A DNA stretch of 64,000 nt. Source: Octopus sinensis (taxonomy: Eukaryota). Position 1 is the stretch's first letter. Every line of letters starts with the position of its first letter. Where the stretch lies: NCBI RefSeq assembly GCF_006345805.1, contig NC_043000.1, positions 122,574,001 through 122,638,000 of the forward strand, given 5' to 3'. A program made the translations under genes and the position numbers. Under the pieces are notes generated by a model. The model had not been told where the DNA came from and did no database searches. It saw nothing but the letters and a program-made list of their open reading frames with translations. Shown one piece after another: positions 1 to 12,860 of this stretch.

Positions 1-1680
1 AGCTCGCCGCCTTCTAACTGGGGTAAATATAAGGACAAGGAAATGCATATTAAACTGACCTGGTGCAATGAACAGTAATGCTTAGAGAGTTCAATTTTTG
101 GAGGGGGCTTGCTTGGCACGTACAAAAAATATAGGATGTAAACATTTGTTTTTTTTTTGTTTTTAAATCTCAAAGATACTACTTATAGGAATGGTAAAAC
201 TATATTGTTTCTATCTACATAAGCTGCAACAGTCTTGGTATTGTTTTTCTTTTGTTGTTCTTTCTTTTCTTTTGCTCAACCTCAGGTCAGTGTTTATGAA
301 TCAGACTATTTATTTACAGGTATCCCAATTATAACCGCTGCATTTTAATATCCGCCATCAGTATAGACTTCTTCAGATAATGCATAGACATATTTTCAAG
401 AAGCCACTTATTAAAAATATGGATATGTTTTGAAGGTGGTTTAGATTCTGTTTTTAGTAAATTAGGGACAAGGTAGAAGCTCGCTCATTCATAAAAAATT
501 TTTTGTTAGTTTGTTGGTTTGTTTTTTCTTTTGTTTTGTTGGGTCTTTTTTTGTTTTTATTTTTGCATTACTTTTATCTCAGAAAATTGCAACTTGCAAC
601 TGACAGACTTTCTATTCAAATGTGTCTGCTTTATCTCTCAACCGCTTAATGCCACAAAACCTGTATTAAGCTCCGGCTTAGTGCATTATAGAAATCTGCA
701 ATAGAAATATTAATATATTATCAAGTTTCTTTGTGTCTCTTTTATTATATATATACATATATATATATCGAAATGAAACCTGTGTAATGAATACGCTAAA
801 GTACATCTCAACTTGCCAGGGAAGCATAACTATCTAATTTTCACAACAGAACAATGCACTCTTAATGTTGTTCGCTGCACCTAGCAGCTTTATGTTAGGC
901 TATAAATTGATGACATGTTGGAGGTTTCACTATATATTCATCATATATTAAATTTTCCCTTTCTGCATATCACCATTTAACTGCAAGGCAAATGAAACGT
1001 CAAAGTTCTCACCCTTGCTCCTTTTGAAAAGAATTGTCATTAGAACAAAAACAAATGAATTTGTTTGCGAGTGCAATTTCTGGAGATATAAAACTTTCAT
1101 TTTGGCTTATATCATTAAGTGCTAACTCGCAATTAACTACGTTATTCATACAGGTGACACTCCTGAAAATGTTTTCAATATCATTATGTCTAATCTCAGT
1201 TGTTCTATTCAGTAATCTATCACTAATTGAATATATTAGTCATTATTCTTATACGAAACTTATCAATCAACAGACGATGATGCATCTGCACATAATAGCT
1301 GAGTTTAGCATAAAAATGTAATAAAAAAAAACTATAAACAAACTATTTTATTGTGGTTGTTATTGCCATTAAATCGCAAATCCATTGTGATGAGACAGAT
1401 CTATGATCAACTCTGCTTCGCAATTATTTTTTTTTTCAGTTTTTTTCCCTTTTTTTCAAGATAATGTATTGTCTAAATTTTGAAAATGTGCGGCTCCTAT
1501 TTCTAGCAGCTCAAGCAACCACCTAGAGATTTCATCGTAGACTTTTTTCCATGATAAATAGCCAAGGAGCATAATTGGAAATTTCATCGCCCTCATAGAA
1601 ACACGAATGTTAAAAATTGATATGTAGCGGTAAAACTTCAAAGCTTTTAAACTGAAAAGGAAAAGCTTTTAAGATGAAAA

Positions 1681-1727
1681 GGTAGGTAGGTAGGTAGGTA
1701 GGTAGGTAGGTAGGTAGGTAGGTAGGT
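1681..1727 (+). repeat. (GGTA)n tetranucleotide microsatellite
   Basis: Run of ggta units seen directly. Confidence 0.95.
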
Positions 1728-1934
1728 ATAGGGAGGGATGTAAGTAGAGAAAGAGAGAGAAAAAGATACAAAGATAGATTAACTGATAGAGATATTATAT
1801 AGACAGACACACAGAAAGACAGATGAATTGAGAAATGTATGGATGGGTAGATGGATGGATAGATATATGTATAGTCAGTTAGATACAATACGTTGGCTTG
1901 AATGAAGGGGAGAAAAATAGCATTTAAAGTAACT

Positions 1935-2135
1935 GTTTGAAATTTTGACACAAAACCAGCAGTTTTGATGGGACGAGAATCCTGGATTACCTCGACCCCA
2001 TTGCTCAGCAAGGTACTTATTTTATCATCTCCGATTGATCTCGCAGGAATTTGAACACTGGAAGTAAAGAGCAAGTAGAAATACTGCTGAGTATTATGTT
2101 TGGCATGTTAACGACTCAACCACCGCGTCACCTTA
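1935..2135 (-). mobile_element. Degenerate SINE, family D (Meta-domain-like)
   Basis: Diverged match to the family D core (ctcgacccc...ggtacttatttt...ggaatttgaac) seen intact at 36032-36477. Confidence 0.6.
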
Positions 2136-2399
2136 CACAATACCATACCATAAAATAATGGAAAGATTTCTACTGCCTAATGTAATGTCCCAATACGTTT
2201 GAGAATCATTATTCAATGGCATTCTGAGTCAAAGAATGAATATTAATAAATATCAAACATACGAAAAAGTCATGTGCTCTTTTACCTTACTTGTACACTT
2301 AACTATTTATCTATCAGTCAAGATATGTATACATACATACTACATATAGATACATACATACTACATATACATACATAGTACATGTAGGATCTAGTCTTT

Positions 2400-2967
2400 C
2401 ACATTCGCAAAATGAGCCTCATTTAATCTGGTTTCAATTTTGGCTACGATCAACCAATTACTTTATCTCATAAATTAAAGAATCCGATGTTATTTGGAAT
2501 TAAAGTTGGAAAATTTGGGCAATTTTAACCAATCAACAGACAGCGTGACATTAGCAGCTTGTTACCATGACAACCGCACGCTGTATTGCGGTTCACTGTT
2601 GTGTGTGCTGCTGTTTTAATTTTTCTGTGTGTTCGTATATTACACATTACACATTTTTCTGTGCTTCTGGGTGTTAGTATTTTAACATATTTTTCATTTC
2701 ATGTATTTTGGGAACTCACTGACTCAGATAGCTGGATTTATGAGTTCACTAAAAAATTTAATTAGGAGTATTTCTTAAACCGTTAGCTTCACATTCCAAC
2801 ATCTTAACTGAAACTTAGTCCACGTTACAGGAACTGAGAAGGATATTGTGGAACGGAAAAATTGTGGGTGATACAGATAACTTGACATTATTTTTGAATT
2901 CTGCATGAAAAATATATAAGATACAGATATTCTTTTTCTTTGGAATAATATCTTTGTTAACCAGTGT
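2400..2967. mobile_element. Possible non-autonomous DNA transposon fragment (Chapaev3-like right terminus)
   Basis: Ends in ttgttaaccagtg followed by tta, with tttgaattctgcatg just inside, resembling CAC-terminated elements. No matching left end was found. Confidence 0.3.
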
Positions 2968-3029
2968 TATTCTTATCATAGTTTACAAATCCAAGCATGA
3001 AACCCTTACTCAACTTTGTAGCTTTGGCG

Positions 3030-3097
3030 ACAGACATGTACTTTTCACACACATGTACTTTTCACACAGACATGTACTTTTCACACACATGTACTTA
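3030..3097 (+). repeat. Short minisatellite, about 3.5 copies of an 18-20 bp unit (cacatgtacttttcaca)
   Basis: Tandem copies seen directly. Confidence 0.85.
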
Positions 3098-3689
3098 TAT
3101 ATTAATGAGGTACATAAATACATGGCAGGCATACATAATACTGAAGTACGCATGAAGTAAACACATGCAGATAAAAATATTGATATAATAAATTTCTTAA
3201 GATGGTAAAAACATACACTCAATGAAGAGACAAAAGACGCAGTAAGACGATACATGTTGATTTTATTAGGTGTTTCTGCTTATTTAGAAACCTACGATGA
3301 ACAGGTCAGACGCTAAACTATAAATTTCACAAGGTACTGCCTTAAAGTTGACACCACTCAGCTAAACGCAAAAAGTTTCTGTCTCGCAATTGGCTAAAAT
3401 TTAGATCTCTGTAACTGTTTTCTCCAATATTTTTCTCTACAACGTCAAACCTTAAAAGCAATAAGACTGAAAGGCTACATCATTATAGCCGATTTTCAGA
3501 TTATTTACTTCCTTTTAAAAAATGCAAAGAGCACACACACACACGCAACACACACACACACGCATGCAGACAAAAACACACAAACACAAACATGCTATTA
3601 CACATACCCACACATACACACAGATACCTCCTTCTCTTACACTCTCCAATCTTAGAAAGAAATTTTCCTTCACCCTTTCCCTTCCGGTC

Positions 3690-3850
3690 CTTTCCAAATT
3701 TAACCATATGTGGATCGTTGGTGATTTTTTACCTCCGTCTTCCTTTCCTCTTGGGCTTTCATCCCTTTCTTTTTTCCGACGAAGAGCATGTACCACGTCT
3801 CGCGTTGTTGTTTTTTGTGTTTTCCTCGATTCTTTTTGCTGGATTGATTA
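3690..3850 (+). mobile_element. PLE terminal-repeat remnant
   Basis: Contains ccgacgaagagc and ccacgtctcgcgttgttg, related to the repeat at 11742-11950. It abuts a (TA)n tract. Confidence 0.5.
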
Positions 3851-3891
3851 TATATATATATATATGCATATATATATATATAGATATATAT

Positions 3892-3926
<35 letters not shown>

Positions 3927-4035
3927 GCATATATATATATATATATATATGCTTATATATATATATATATATATATGCATATATATGCATATATATATAT
4001 ATACATATATATGCATATATATATATATATATACT

Positions 4036-4120
<85 letters not shown>

Positions 4121-4358
4121 ACACTTCGTGTTTATACTGGAAAATTTGTTGATACCTTCATATTATCTCCCCTTACCATCCATTCGGAATCGATTACAAT
4201 TGCCGCTAGTTTTATCTTAATTTTCCTGTCGAAGCGAAGATCATTTCAATAAATCAAGAATTTATCTTGTATAGCATTAAGTAATCTTTCCTCGTCTTTG
4301 TTATACAAACTCATACCTCAGGTCACTCTGAATTAATTCGCTTAGCTCATTTTTCACC

Positions 4359-4417
<59 letters not shown>

Positions 4418-4680
4418 ACACATATAAATATGCATATATGTGTACATTATATATATATATATAGAGAGAGAGAGAGATATGCATATACCTAAATGCATAT
4501 ATAGATGTTTCTTTATATACATAAATACACATATATAAACATATATACATGTGTATATATGCACATTTTTATGTGCATATATGCATGTTTATATATGCAC
4601 ATATTTATGTACATATAAATATATATACATATATATACACATATACACATATATTCATATATATATATATACATATATAT

Positions 4681-4731
<51 letters not shown>

Positions 4732-4803
4732 TATACATATATGTATATACATGTATAATTATATACATCTATATATATATACACATACACACACATATAT
4801 ATA

Positions 4804-4879
<76 letters not shown>

Positions 4880-5451
4880 ATATTTAGATACATAGAGCTA
4901 TATGAAGTGGGACAAAGAGATGCACAGTCTGAGAATAACATGTATGTGTGCATCTGCACGTAAATTAATGTTGACTATGATGTAGAAGGTGAGAGAGGAA
5001 TCTTTTATTAATGTAATGGAAATTCTTCCTCGATAAATAAGTTATCGGTTAGGAAATATACAACAACGGAATTTGCTGTCGTTATCATATTTGCTATGTA
5101 GTCTATAAGTTGTGGCGATGCGATTACAGCCTGTCTTTATAAACGTCTCTACCTATCTCTATAGAGATGGAGTTCTATGTCAATTTTTTTTTTATCTCTT
5201 TCCAAATTTCTGTCCGTTTATCGATTCTCCTGGGCAAATTTCAGAATGTCACAAATCTTTGCATCATCGACATAGATTTGTTTTCAACACTCACACAAAC
5301 ACACACACAGACACACATACACACACTCATAAACATACACAGACGCTCACGTTTGCATACGCAAAACACACAATCACATGTATGCATATATTTATGTCTG
5401 TATCTGTGTGTATGTATAATATATATATATATATATGTATGCATACATATG

Positions 5452-5518
<67 letters not shown>

Positions 5519-5594
5519 GTGTGTGTGTGTGTGTTGTGTGTGTGTGTGTGTGTATGTATGTATATATATATATATGTATGTATGCATACATATG

Positions 5595-5630
<36 letters not shown>
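3848..5630. repeat. Cluster of long (TA)n/(TATG)n/(TG)n microsatellites
   Basis: Tracts at about 3848-4120, 4360-4890 and 5415-5630. They are the source of the YIYI-type ORFs. Confidence 0.95.
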
Positions 5631-5631
<1 letters not shown>

Positions 5632-7329
5632 CTAAGTATATTTATATATTTATGTGCTTGTATGTGTCTATATCGCTATACGTATATGTGTCTCCATACG
5701 TCCTTGTATATCCGTGTCTGCGTAACTCGCAGACGTGGGGGTGGCGTCTGTGTGTAGGTGTGTGCCTGTATATGTACATAGGTAATAAAAGACTGAATTA
5801 TGAAATATTACTCCGCTCGTTTGTGTCTGTGTGTGTGTGTGTGTGTCTGTGTCTGTGTGTGTCTGTATCTCTGTGTGTACGCGTGTGCTTCTGTGTTTTT
5901 GTGCGTGTGTATGTATTTATGTGTTTGTGTACAGACTTGCTTATTTTCCATGACATTAGAGATTATAAAATTCTCCGTTATAAAGTTGTATGTCTATGTT
6001 TGCCGTTCTGACGTTTCAAACTGTATTCTATTTCAATAAATAAAGTCTTAACCTGAAATATATTAAGTGGTTTTTCTCATAGGAAGAGCTACACGGAATC
6101 AGGTTAATAATCACCTCGTCTTTGGCAATGGAAGTAGTTTGTTATATTTTTACAAGAAACTGCTTGAACATACTGACTGGGTGAATAGAAAGCAAAATAC
6201 TTGAAGACAATGATATCACAAAGACTGTACAAAGGTGATTTCACCTTAAATTAATGCTGGAATATAGTTACAGATGACAATTATCCGACGTGCTAATTCG
6301 CTTGTCTCCCATAATACAATGTCCGTTATTGTTGTTGCTTTTTTTTTAATCATAGACACGGCTTTATTGACTACATAAGTGCAATACTTTAGATTACACG
6401 ACATAGAGGTGTAGCTGTGTGGTTGAGACGCTTGTTTTAGTTCCACTGCGCGACAAATTGGATGAGTAATATCAGGTATGGCCTTGAGCAGAGCAGAACC
6501 TTCTGAGTAGATTTGTCTGTGTGTGTGTGTGTGTATGTGTGTGTGTGTTGTTTGTGTGTGTGTGTGTGTGTGTGTATGTGTGTGTGTGTGTATACCGTAT
6601 AAAGAAACGACGTATGCTGAATGTAAAAACGAACGGGCAACAAATAGAAGTTCCATAAATCTCCATCAGTTATAGGCTTAAGAGTGGCTTAAAAATTATG
6701 ATGAATTAATTATCTTTTACTACAAGGGCGGGGAGGTGGAAAAATAGTAAAAGAACATAAAAAGACACTAGATATGCCCTTCACACGGGATCCTGAATGG
6801 CCTCTGCAGATAGCTGTGGAGGTCATAAGGTTTCCCTTGTGGGAAAAGCTTAAAGGATTTGGGGAGGTGTCTCGCATATGGCAAGTAGTATGTCGTTTCC
6901 GAATAGGAGTGTCGAATATGGTGCGAATGACAAGTAATATGTCATTTCCAAATATCTGGCAGATTGAATTTCGTCATAGTGCTGTTTTTTTCTCACAGAA
7001 GGTGCCCTACTGACCCTACTATACTGTGTAGTCGACAAAATCAAAAACAACCAGTAAGCATGCCCAAAATTAAAATTATAAAATGGCGACAATTTACCCG
7101 TTGAACCTTTTATATATATGTCTGTGTGTATTTTTGGAGATGTATAAAAATTGGTAATTCAAAAATTTTAAATTTATGAGCATAATAGTATATTATATTC
7201 TTATAACAATACGATATTAAATATATATCACATACAGAGGTGCTATTGATATAGGAATCGCCAGTGAGGTTACCAACCTCTTCATGGTAGGGTGGGACAG
7301 ACATTTTAAACAGTGCCTAGCGACTTGTA

Positions 7330-7545
7330 ACATCCACTTAGCTATGTACTCTCGATATATCGACGACATTAATCTTGTCGTGAAAGAAATACATATATGA
7401 ACACTTTACTAGATAAAGAACAGATGATGCCAACTATACAACTCGTTGCCTATCCATAGCAGTATAAAGGTTATTGTAGGCTATCCTTCTAAACATCCCG
7501 GACATAGATTACCTGTCCTAGATACTGGACTGTGGATAGGCCACT
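7330..7545 (+). pseudogene. PLE reverse transcriptase fragment
   Basis: Translates with a frameshift as MYSRYIDDINLV...IHSSIKVIVGYPSKHPGHRLPVLDTGLWI, which is the YxDD motif plus the downstream LP.LD motif of PLE RTs. Confidence 0.7.
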
Positions 7546-8136
7546 TTTAACTGATAATAATAAAATAGTTTATGTCACCCCTTTTGGGGCATATTCCAGT
7601 AACTTACTGACATCTCAGATTTGTTCCTTTTTGTAGTCATAGCGAATTTAAGGCCATACTAAATTATGGGGTTTGGAGAGTATCTGACATTCATTAATTT
7701 ATCTTCGGCAGCTAGAACTTAACTGTCAATTCCCAATGGTTTTAATTCTTAGTGGACGTAGTATACTAGATGCAGTAGATCTTTGGATGTTCATAAGGAG
7801 ATAGATAAATGTAGTTATGCTACTATCTCATGATCCCTACCCCCATTGTTTTTCTCTCCTGCCACTCTAAATTATAGTTGGGGCATCTTCTCCCTAAGTT
7901 CATTCTGCTACAATAATAGCAACAGGCATTTAATTCTTTTAGACTCTAGTTCTGATGCGAAATTTGCTAAAATATTGTAATGAAGTATTCCGTATGCTGA
8001 AACTTATATGGTCTTATGAATCTGAGGCGGTATATTTCGAATTGACGTGATGCTTGCATTGTTCGATTAAATGGAGTCGCCTGAAACGGCCGTAATGCAC
8101 TAATACCTTGACATCCTTGTTACATATTTGCTTTTA
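7545..8136. repeat. Dispersed repeat, copy A (diverged direct copy at 10627-11210)
   Basis: Long shared blocks, e.g. gtagtcatagcgaatttaaggccata and caattcccaatggttttaattcttagtggacgtagtatactag. Confidence 0.9.
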
Positions 8137-8158
8137 TATATGTATGTATATATATATA

Positions 8159-8217
<59 letters not shown>

Positions 8218-8220
8218 AAG

Positions 8221-8273
8221 GAGCTTCTACAGGACTAGAACTGTTTCATTCAAAAGAAATCATCAGGAAGCTC
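8221..8273 (-). ncRNA. Type I hammerhead ribozyme motif
   Basis: Minus strand reads GAGCUUC-CUGAUGA-UUUCuuuuGAAU-GAAAC-AGuucuagucCU-GUA-GAAGCUC. It has a 7-bp stem I, an intact core, a 4-bp stem III and a GUA cleavage triplet. Confidence 0.8.
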
Positions 8274-8343
8274 AGAGCTTTACTCTGCTATGTATTGAGT
8301 ACCTTATTTACTGTGGTTAACCCCGACTCAACCCGGGACCTAC

Positions 8344-8380
<37 letters not shown>

Positions 8381-8450
8381 AATTCGGGGTGAGTACTTGA
8401 TAATTATAAGCACCTGTGTATACCGTTTGGTGGTGTAGGTGGTGGAGTAA

Positions 8451-8752
8451 ATTGATCAAAATAAAAACATGATGCGAAGGATTCAGCGGTACATATGTTT
8501 CGGGCTTTTATTAGACAGATTTATAACAATGCATAATGTATGTCTGTGGCCTTCTTCAGCCGCGCACAACAGCTTCCACAAGGACATGTGTTACATCAAA
8601 AATTCTTGGTTGGGGATGCAAATCCTCTCATTCGTGTGCGCGGCTGAAGAAGGCCACAGACATACATTATGCATTGTTATAAATCTGTCTAATAAAGGCC
8701 CGTAACATATGTACCGCTGAATCCTTCGCATCATGTTTTTATTTTGATCAAT
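8451..8752. repeat. Long inverted repeat (arms 8451-8568 and 8635-8752), PLE-type inverted terminal remnant
   Basis: Arms of about 118 bp are near-perfect reverse complements, and each carries an HHR motif. Confidence 0.9.
8486..8563 (-). ncRNA. Minimal type I hammerhead ribozyme motif
   Basis: GCGG-CUGAAGA-AGGC...GCCC-GAAAC-AUAU-GUA-CCGC, with palindromic stem III ACAUAUGU. The plus-strand arm copy has GAAA changed to GUAA. Confidence 0.7.
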
Positions 8753-8771
8753 ATATATATATATATATACA

Positions 8772-8805
<34 letters not shown>

Positions 8806-9237
8806 ATATACATATATTCCTATAGATATATTCACATAGATATGGTGATAAACACAAATGTGATATTAGTGGTGGTGATTATGATGGCAATGAAGATGAT
8901 GATGATGATAAGTAGGAAGAGGAGAAGGAGGAAGAGGAGGATGGCGATGAAATTCATCGACAACGCCGAAGTGACGGTAGAAGTGAAAGAGAGAATAGGT
9001 ACTTCAGTTATGATTATCATTATTATCATCTCTAATTTGACCCCTACCACCACATAATTCCTCCCAACCTTGCTCCGACCTTTATGGCTATCTTTCCGTC
9101 TTTCGTGTCTCATTATCTGTCTATAAGAAGCTTTCCTTTATTCCTTTATGTCAGACAATAACAAATGATGAAGAGAATTTGGTGCAAATACAATGTGTGT
9201 CATGACACACTTTGATTTCAATCTATTATCTGCCTGT

Positions 9238-9239
9238 CC

Positions 9240-9313
<74 letters not shown>
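9238..9313 (+). repeat. (TATC)n microsatellite
   Basis: Tandem units seen directly. Confidence 0.95.
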
Positions 9314-9314
<1 letters not shown>

Positions 9315-9440
9315 GTACTTTCTAATTGTCTGTAAGCCTGTTGATAAATTTGTCTGTCTGGCAGTCTGTCTCTCTGCAATTTTGTCTCTGTGTCTATCTG
9401 CCTGTCTGTCCCTCTGCCTGCCTATCTATCTACCTATCCA

Positions 9441-9880
9441 GTTTTCTATAGTGGTAGTATAAGTCGGAGTTTATATCTAAAGTAGTGTCTAAGAAGTCAG
9501 CTACCTTCGTGCCGTATTTAAAAGTGCGTCCTAGGTTAAATTTTTTAAGAATTTTCTGATATTTTCCGCATTTATTCTATGATGGTTCTAATATTACTTG
9601 GAATAATGAACATATCATCATAAAGATAACCCTGCAGTTCAAGGATTTCAAAACTAAGGCACTTTGAGATAAGCACCAGCCAAATCAGTAACCTAAGCCG
9701 AGTCACTCGAACCCATGGCAATAGCAAAGTAATCAGGGATGTCGCACGTCGTACATAACCTACCCTTAAATTATATGATAGTTCTCCTAGCTAAAAGAAT
9801 ACCATCTGATTTGTCTTAAGTTATGAGAGGAAGGTTTTTTAAAGATTCTGAGCTTTATATGTCCTGTATTGAAATTTTAT
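9441..9880 (-). pseudogene. Decayed PLE RT fragment related to the element at 48574-52530
   Basis: Minus strand gives ILLARRTII..FKGRL..DYFAIAMGSSDSA*VTDLAGAYL...YLYDDMF...ADFLDTTLDINSDLYYHYRK. This aligns by eye to LAARKSFIQF..AFDVPMGSSDSAQIADLVG..YRDD..ANFLDVTLNL..YFPYHKP. Confidence 0.8.
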
Positions 9881-10626
9881 ATAAACATTGCTTCATTTTA
9901 TTTTTTGGTGTATTTTATTTATCCTTTCATATTATATAATATTAGTAAATTTTGTATCTTGTATACCTACTTACCCTCGTATTTACTGGTGAAAAAGTCT
10001 ATGATTCATGGTAAAATATAATAGAATATGGTATTTATATTTATATATTTTTAGTTATTTGTAATTATATTTTACAATTATAATATACTCTTTATATATA
10101 CATACATATACATATATATATGTGGCATTTTTATACCTTCTTATATCCCTACATCCTTTTAGACTTTTCATACTGTTGGAAGTTTATGTAATTGTATTTT
10201 CCCAAGGTATTCTAAATACGTTTATCTGTTATAGATGCAATTTTCACATTTTTTTGCCTTTAATTCTTGGTTTTCGATCAATGGAATATGTACATCTCTT
10301 TCTCGAATGAATTCTGAATTTAATTATGGGTTCATTGTTGAATAGTTTTATCGTGACCATCTTAACAGCTTACTAGGATAAAGTATTATGAGGCTTCTGT
10401 TTCATATAAAAGTACCCTGCATTTTTAGTGCTTAAATTGGTTTATATATCTTTCTTCTCTTACTTGATCCTGATATGCCTTTCTAAATTTTAAAATTTTA
10501 CTATTTATTATACAAAATATAATAATATATAAATTTTGCTAAATTTTGGATACACATTTCCCCCCTGTACACTTAATGTTCATTTAGATCTTATTGTCAC
10601 CTTCTTTGTTTTCCACTTTATGCCTT

Positions 10627-11210
10627 TTTTAACTGATAATAATAAAATAGGCTCCATTTGAGGGCATATGCCACTATCTTACATACATCTTCTCAGATTT
10701 GTTCCTTTATGTAGTCATAGCGAATTTAAGGCCATAGTAAATTATGGGGTTTTGGAGAGAATCTGACATTCATTAATTTTCGGCAGCTAGAACTTAACTA
10801 TCAATTCCCAATGGTTTTAATTCTTAGTGGACGTAGTATACTAGCAGCATTCGATCTTTGGATGTTGATAAGGAGATAGATAAATGTAGCCCTATTACCA
10901 TCTCATGACCCTCATTGTTATTCTCTTCTACCACTCCAAATTACAGTTGGGGTATCTTCTCCGTGAGTTCATTCTGCTACAATAATAGCACCATGTATGT
11001 AACTCTTTCATTCTCTAGTTCTGATGAAAAATTTGCTAAAAAAGTATAATGGAGTATCCTGTATGTTGAAAACCCATATGGTCTTATGCGTCCGAGGAAG
11101 GCAGTGTATTATAAATTGGTGTCATGCTTGCATTGTTCGATTACATGGAGCCGCCTGAAACGGCTGTAATGAACTAATACCTTGACATCTTTAACACTTA
11201 TTTGCTTTTT
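10627..11210. repeat. Dispersed repeat, copy B (of 7545-8136)
   Basis: See copy A. The minus strand contains INIQRSNAASIL. Confidence 0.9.
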
Positions 11211-11306
11211 ACTCATCTTACTTTGGACTGTGTGGATAATTCCGGATTGACTTGGTGCCTCAACTGAAGTACCTAATTCAACTGAATCTTAAATATTTCT
11301 ATACAC

Positions 11307-11386
<80 letters not shown>

Positions 11387-11640
11387 GCGTATGTGCGCGC
11401 GCGCGTGTGTGTGTGCAAATGCAAGGTCCATGGATTAGGGTTTAGGAAATGAGTAAGCTTCGAGCAGTTCGTAGTTAACATGGGATCCCTTGACGACAAT
11501 ATAAACTTTATTTGATTAAGATATCTTTAGCGCGAAGAGTAACTCGCTGATTACCCATCGTTTGGGTAATTTCTACATCTGACGTTCAGCTAGCTGTGAA
11601 ACAAATGTAGCCTGGAATGTATCAACACCATTCCCTAATT

Positions 11641-11731
<91 letters not shown>

Positions 11732-11741
11732 ATATATTTAG

Positions 11742-11950
11742 TTAATCCAAACATGAAAACACAAAGAGAAAATACAACAACGCGAGGACGTGGAACAAGT
11801 ATAGAATTATTGGACGCCCAGGAAAGGAAAGAAAGAAGGGGCATTTAACGTTTGGAGCGGAGCTCTTCGTCAGGAACATAAGAAAAGGAAAGATCCAAGG
11901 AAGGAAATATGGAGGGAAAAAAATCGCCAACGATACACACGCGGTCACAT
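11742..11950 (-). mobile_element. PLE terminal-repeat remnant with degenerate ultra-minimal HHR motif (11845-11878)
   Basis: CUGACGA-AGAGC-ucc-GCUC-CAAAC-GUU. It is flanked by microsatellites, and a related fragment lies at 59391-59467. Confidence 0.6.
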
Positions 11951-12567
11951 TATACACACCCACATACACACACATTCACACACATACACACACACACACT
12001 CATATATAACTCTTCGCCCTGTAGTGCGTTCCTTATCAGTTACAGCTAGTTTTGCTAACATAAAGGACGAACAAACCTGTTGTTTCATTAATTTCTCTCT
12101 CTTGTCAACTTTTCTCCTGAAAAAGGACTGAATCAGAAACATTATATTTTCTTTGAAATTTTTTTCATCAATTTTCCTAAATAATACACGTCTTGCTGAT
12201 ACAGCAAACACCAGTTTCTTTATAGTCTGTTTGATCGTATGTGCGTCACTATTTGTGTGTCTGGGGGTGGGGGGTTATGGATGTATACATGCATGTGTGT
12301 ACGTATAAGCAACTAACTTCGCACAGTTGTTATCAACCAAATCATACATGTTATAAATTCACGAGTTTAGCTGTCGACATTGATTTTAAGGTAAATTTGT
12401 ACATCATATCTGAATTCTTATATGCATAAATCATAAAGTTTATGGTTAAAAACGCTGGCTGATAGATTGCTTATATACACCGCGCATATGTCAGCACCCA
12501 TGATTTTTTTCTTTTACTTTTTCTTTTTCTTTTAAAGTATCTACTAAAATTGAAATAAAAACGATAA

Positions 12568-12860
12568 ACGTCGCCCTTTTCAAGCCTAGCCAGGCTCATG
12601 GCCCCGGTCTCCCGGTTTCTATGGCGTATGTGTTCCCACCAGCTGGACGGGACGCCAGTCCATCGTAGCGCTACTCAAGAAACAAGAAGAGAGAGTGAGA
12701 GAAAGTTGGGGCGAAAGAGTACAACAGGGGTCGCCACAAGCCCCTGCTGGAGCCTCGTGGAGCTTTTAGGTGCTTTCGTTCAATAAACACACACAACGCC
12801 CAGTCTGGGAATCGAAACCGCGAGTCCGCTGCCCTAACCACTGGGCCATTGCGCCTCCAC
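12568..12860 (-). mobile_element. tRNA-derived SINE, family A
   Basis: Head ggaggcgcaatggcccagtggttagggcagcggactcg with A-box and B-box (ggtttcgattccc). TSD aaaattgaaata at 12546-12557 and 12861-12872. Confidence 0.9.

Noticed and set aside
3500-6050. Long ORFs rich in YI/CV/HT dipeptides (also at 24.8-26.2, 46.9-47.5, 52.4-52.8, 54.4-56.0 and 63.4 kb)
   Set aside because: They are translations of stop-free microsatellites.
6071-6240. Good splice acceptor (tttttctcatag) suggesting a host exon; a similar one lies at 28545-28564
   Set aside because: No recognisable protein and no convincing open frame to a donor site. It cannot be supported without transcripts.
11575-11612. HHR-like string CUGACGU..CAGC/GCUG..GAAACAAAUGUA
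   Set aside because: The core is mismatched and there is no stem I pairing 3' of the triplet.
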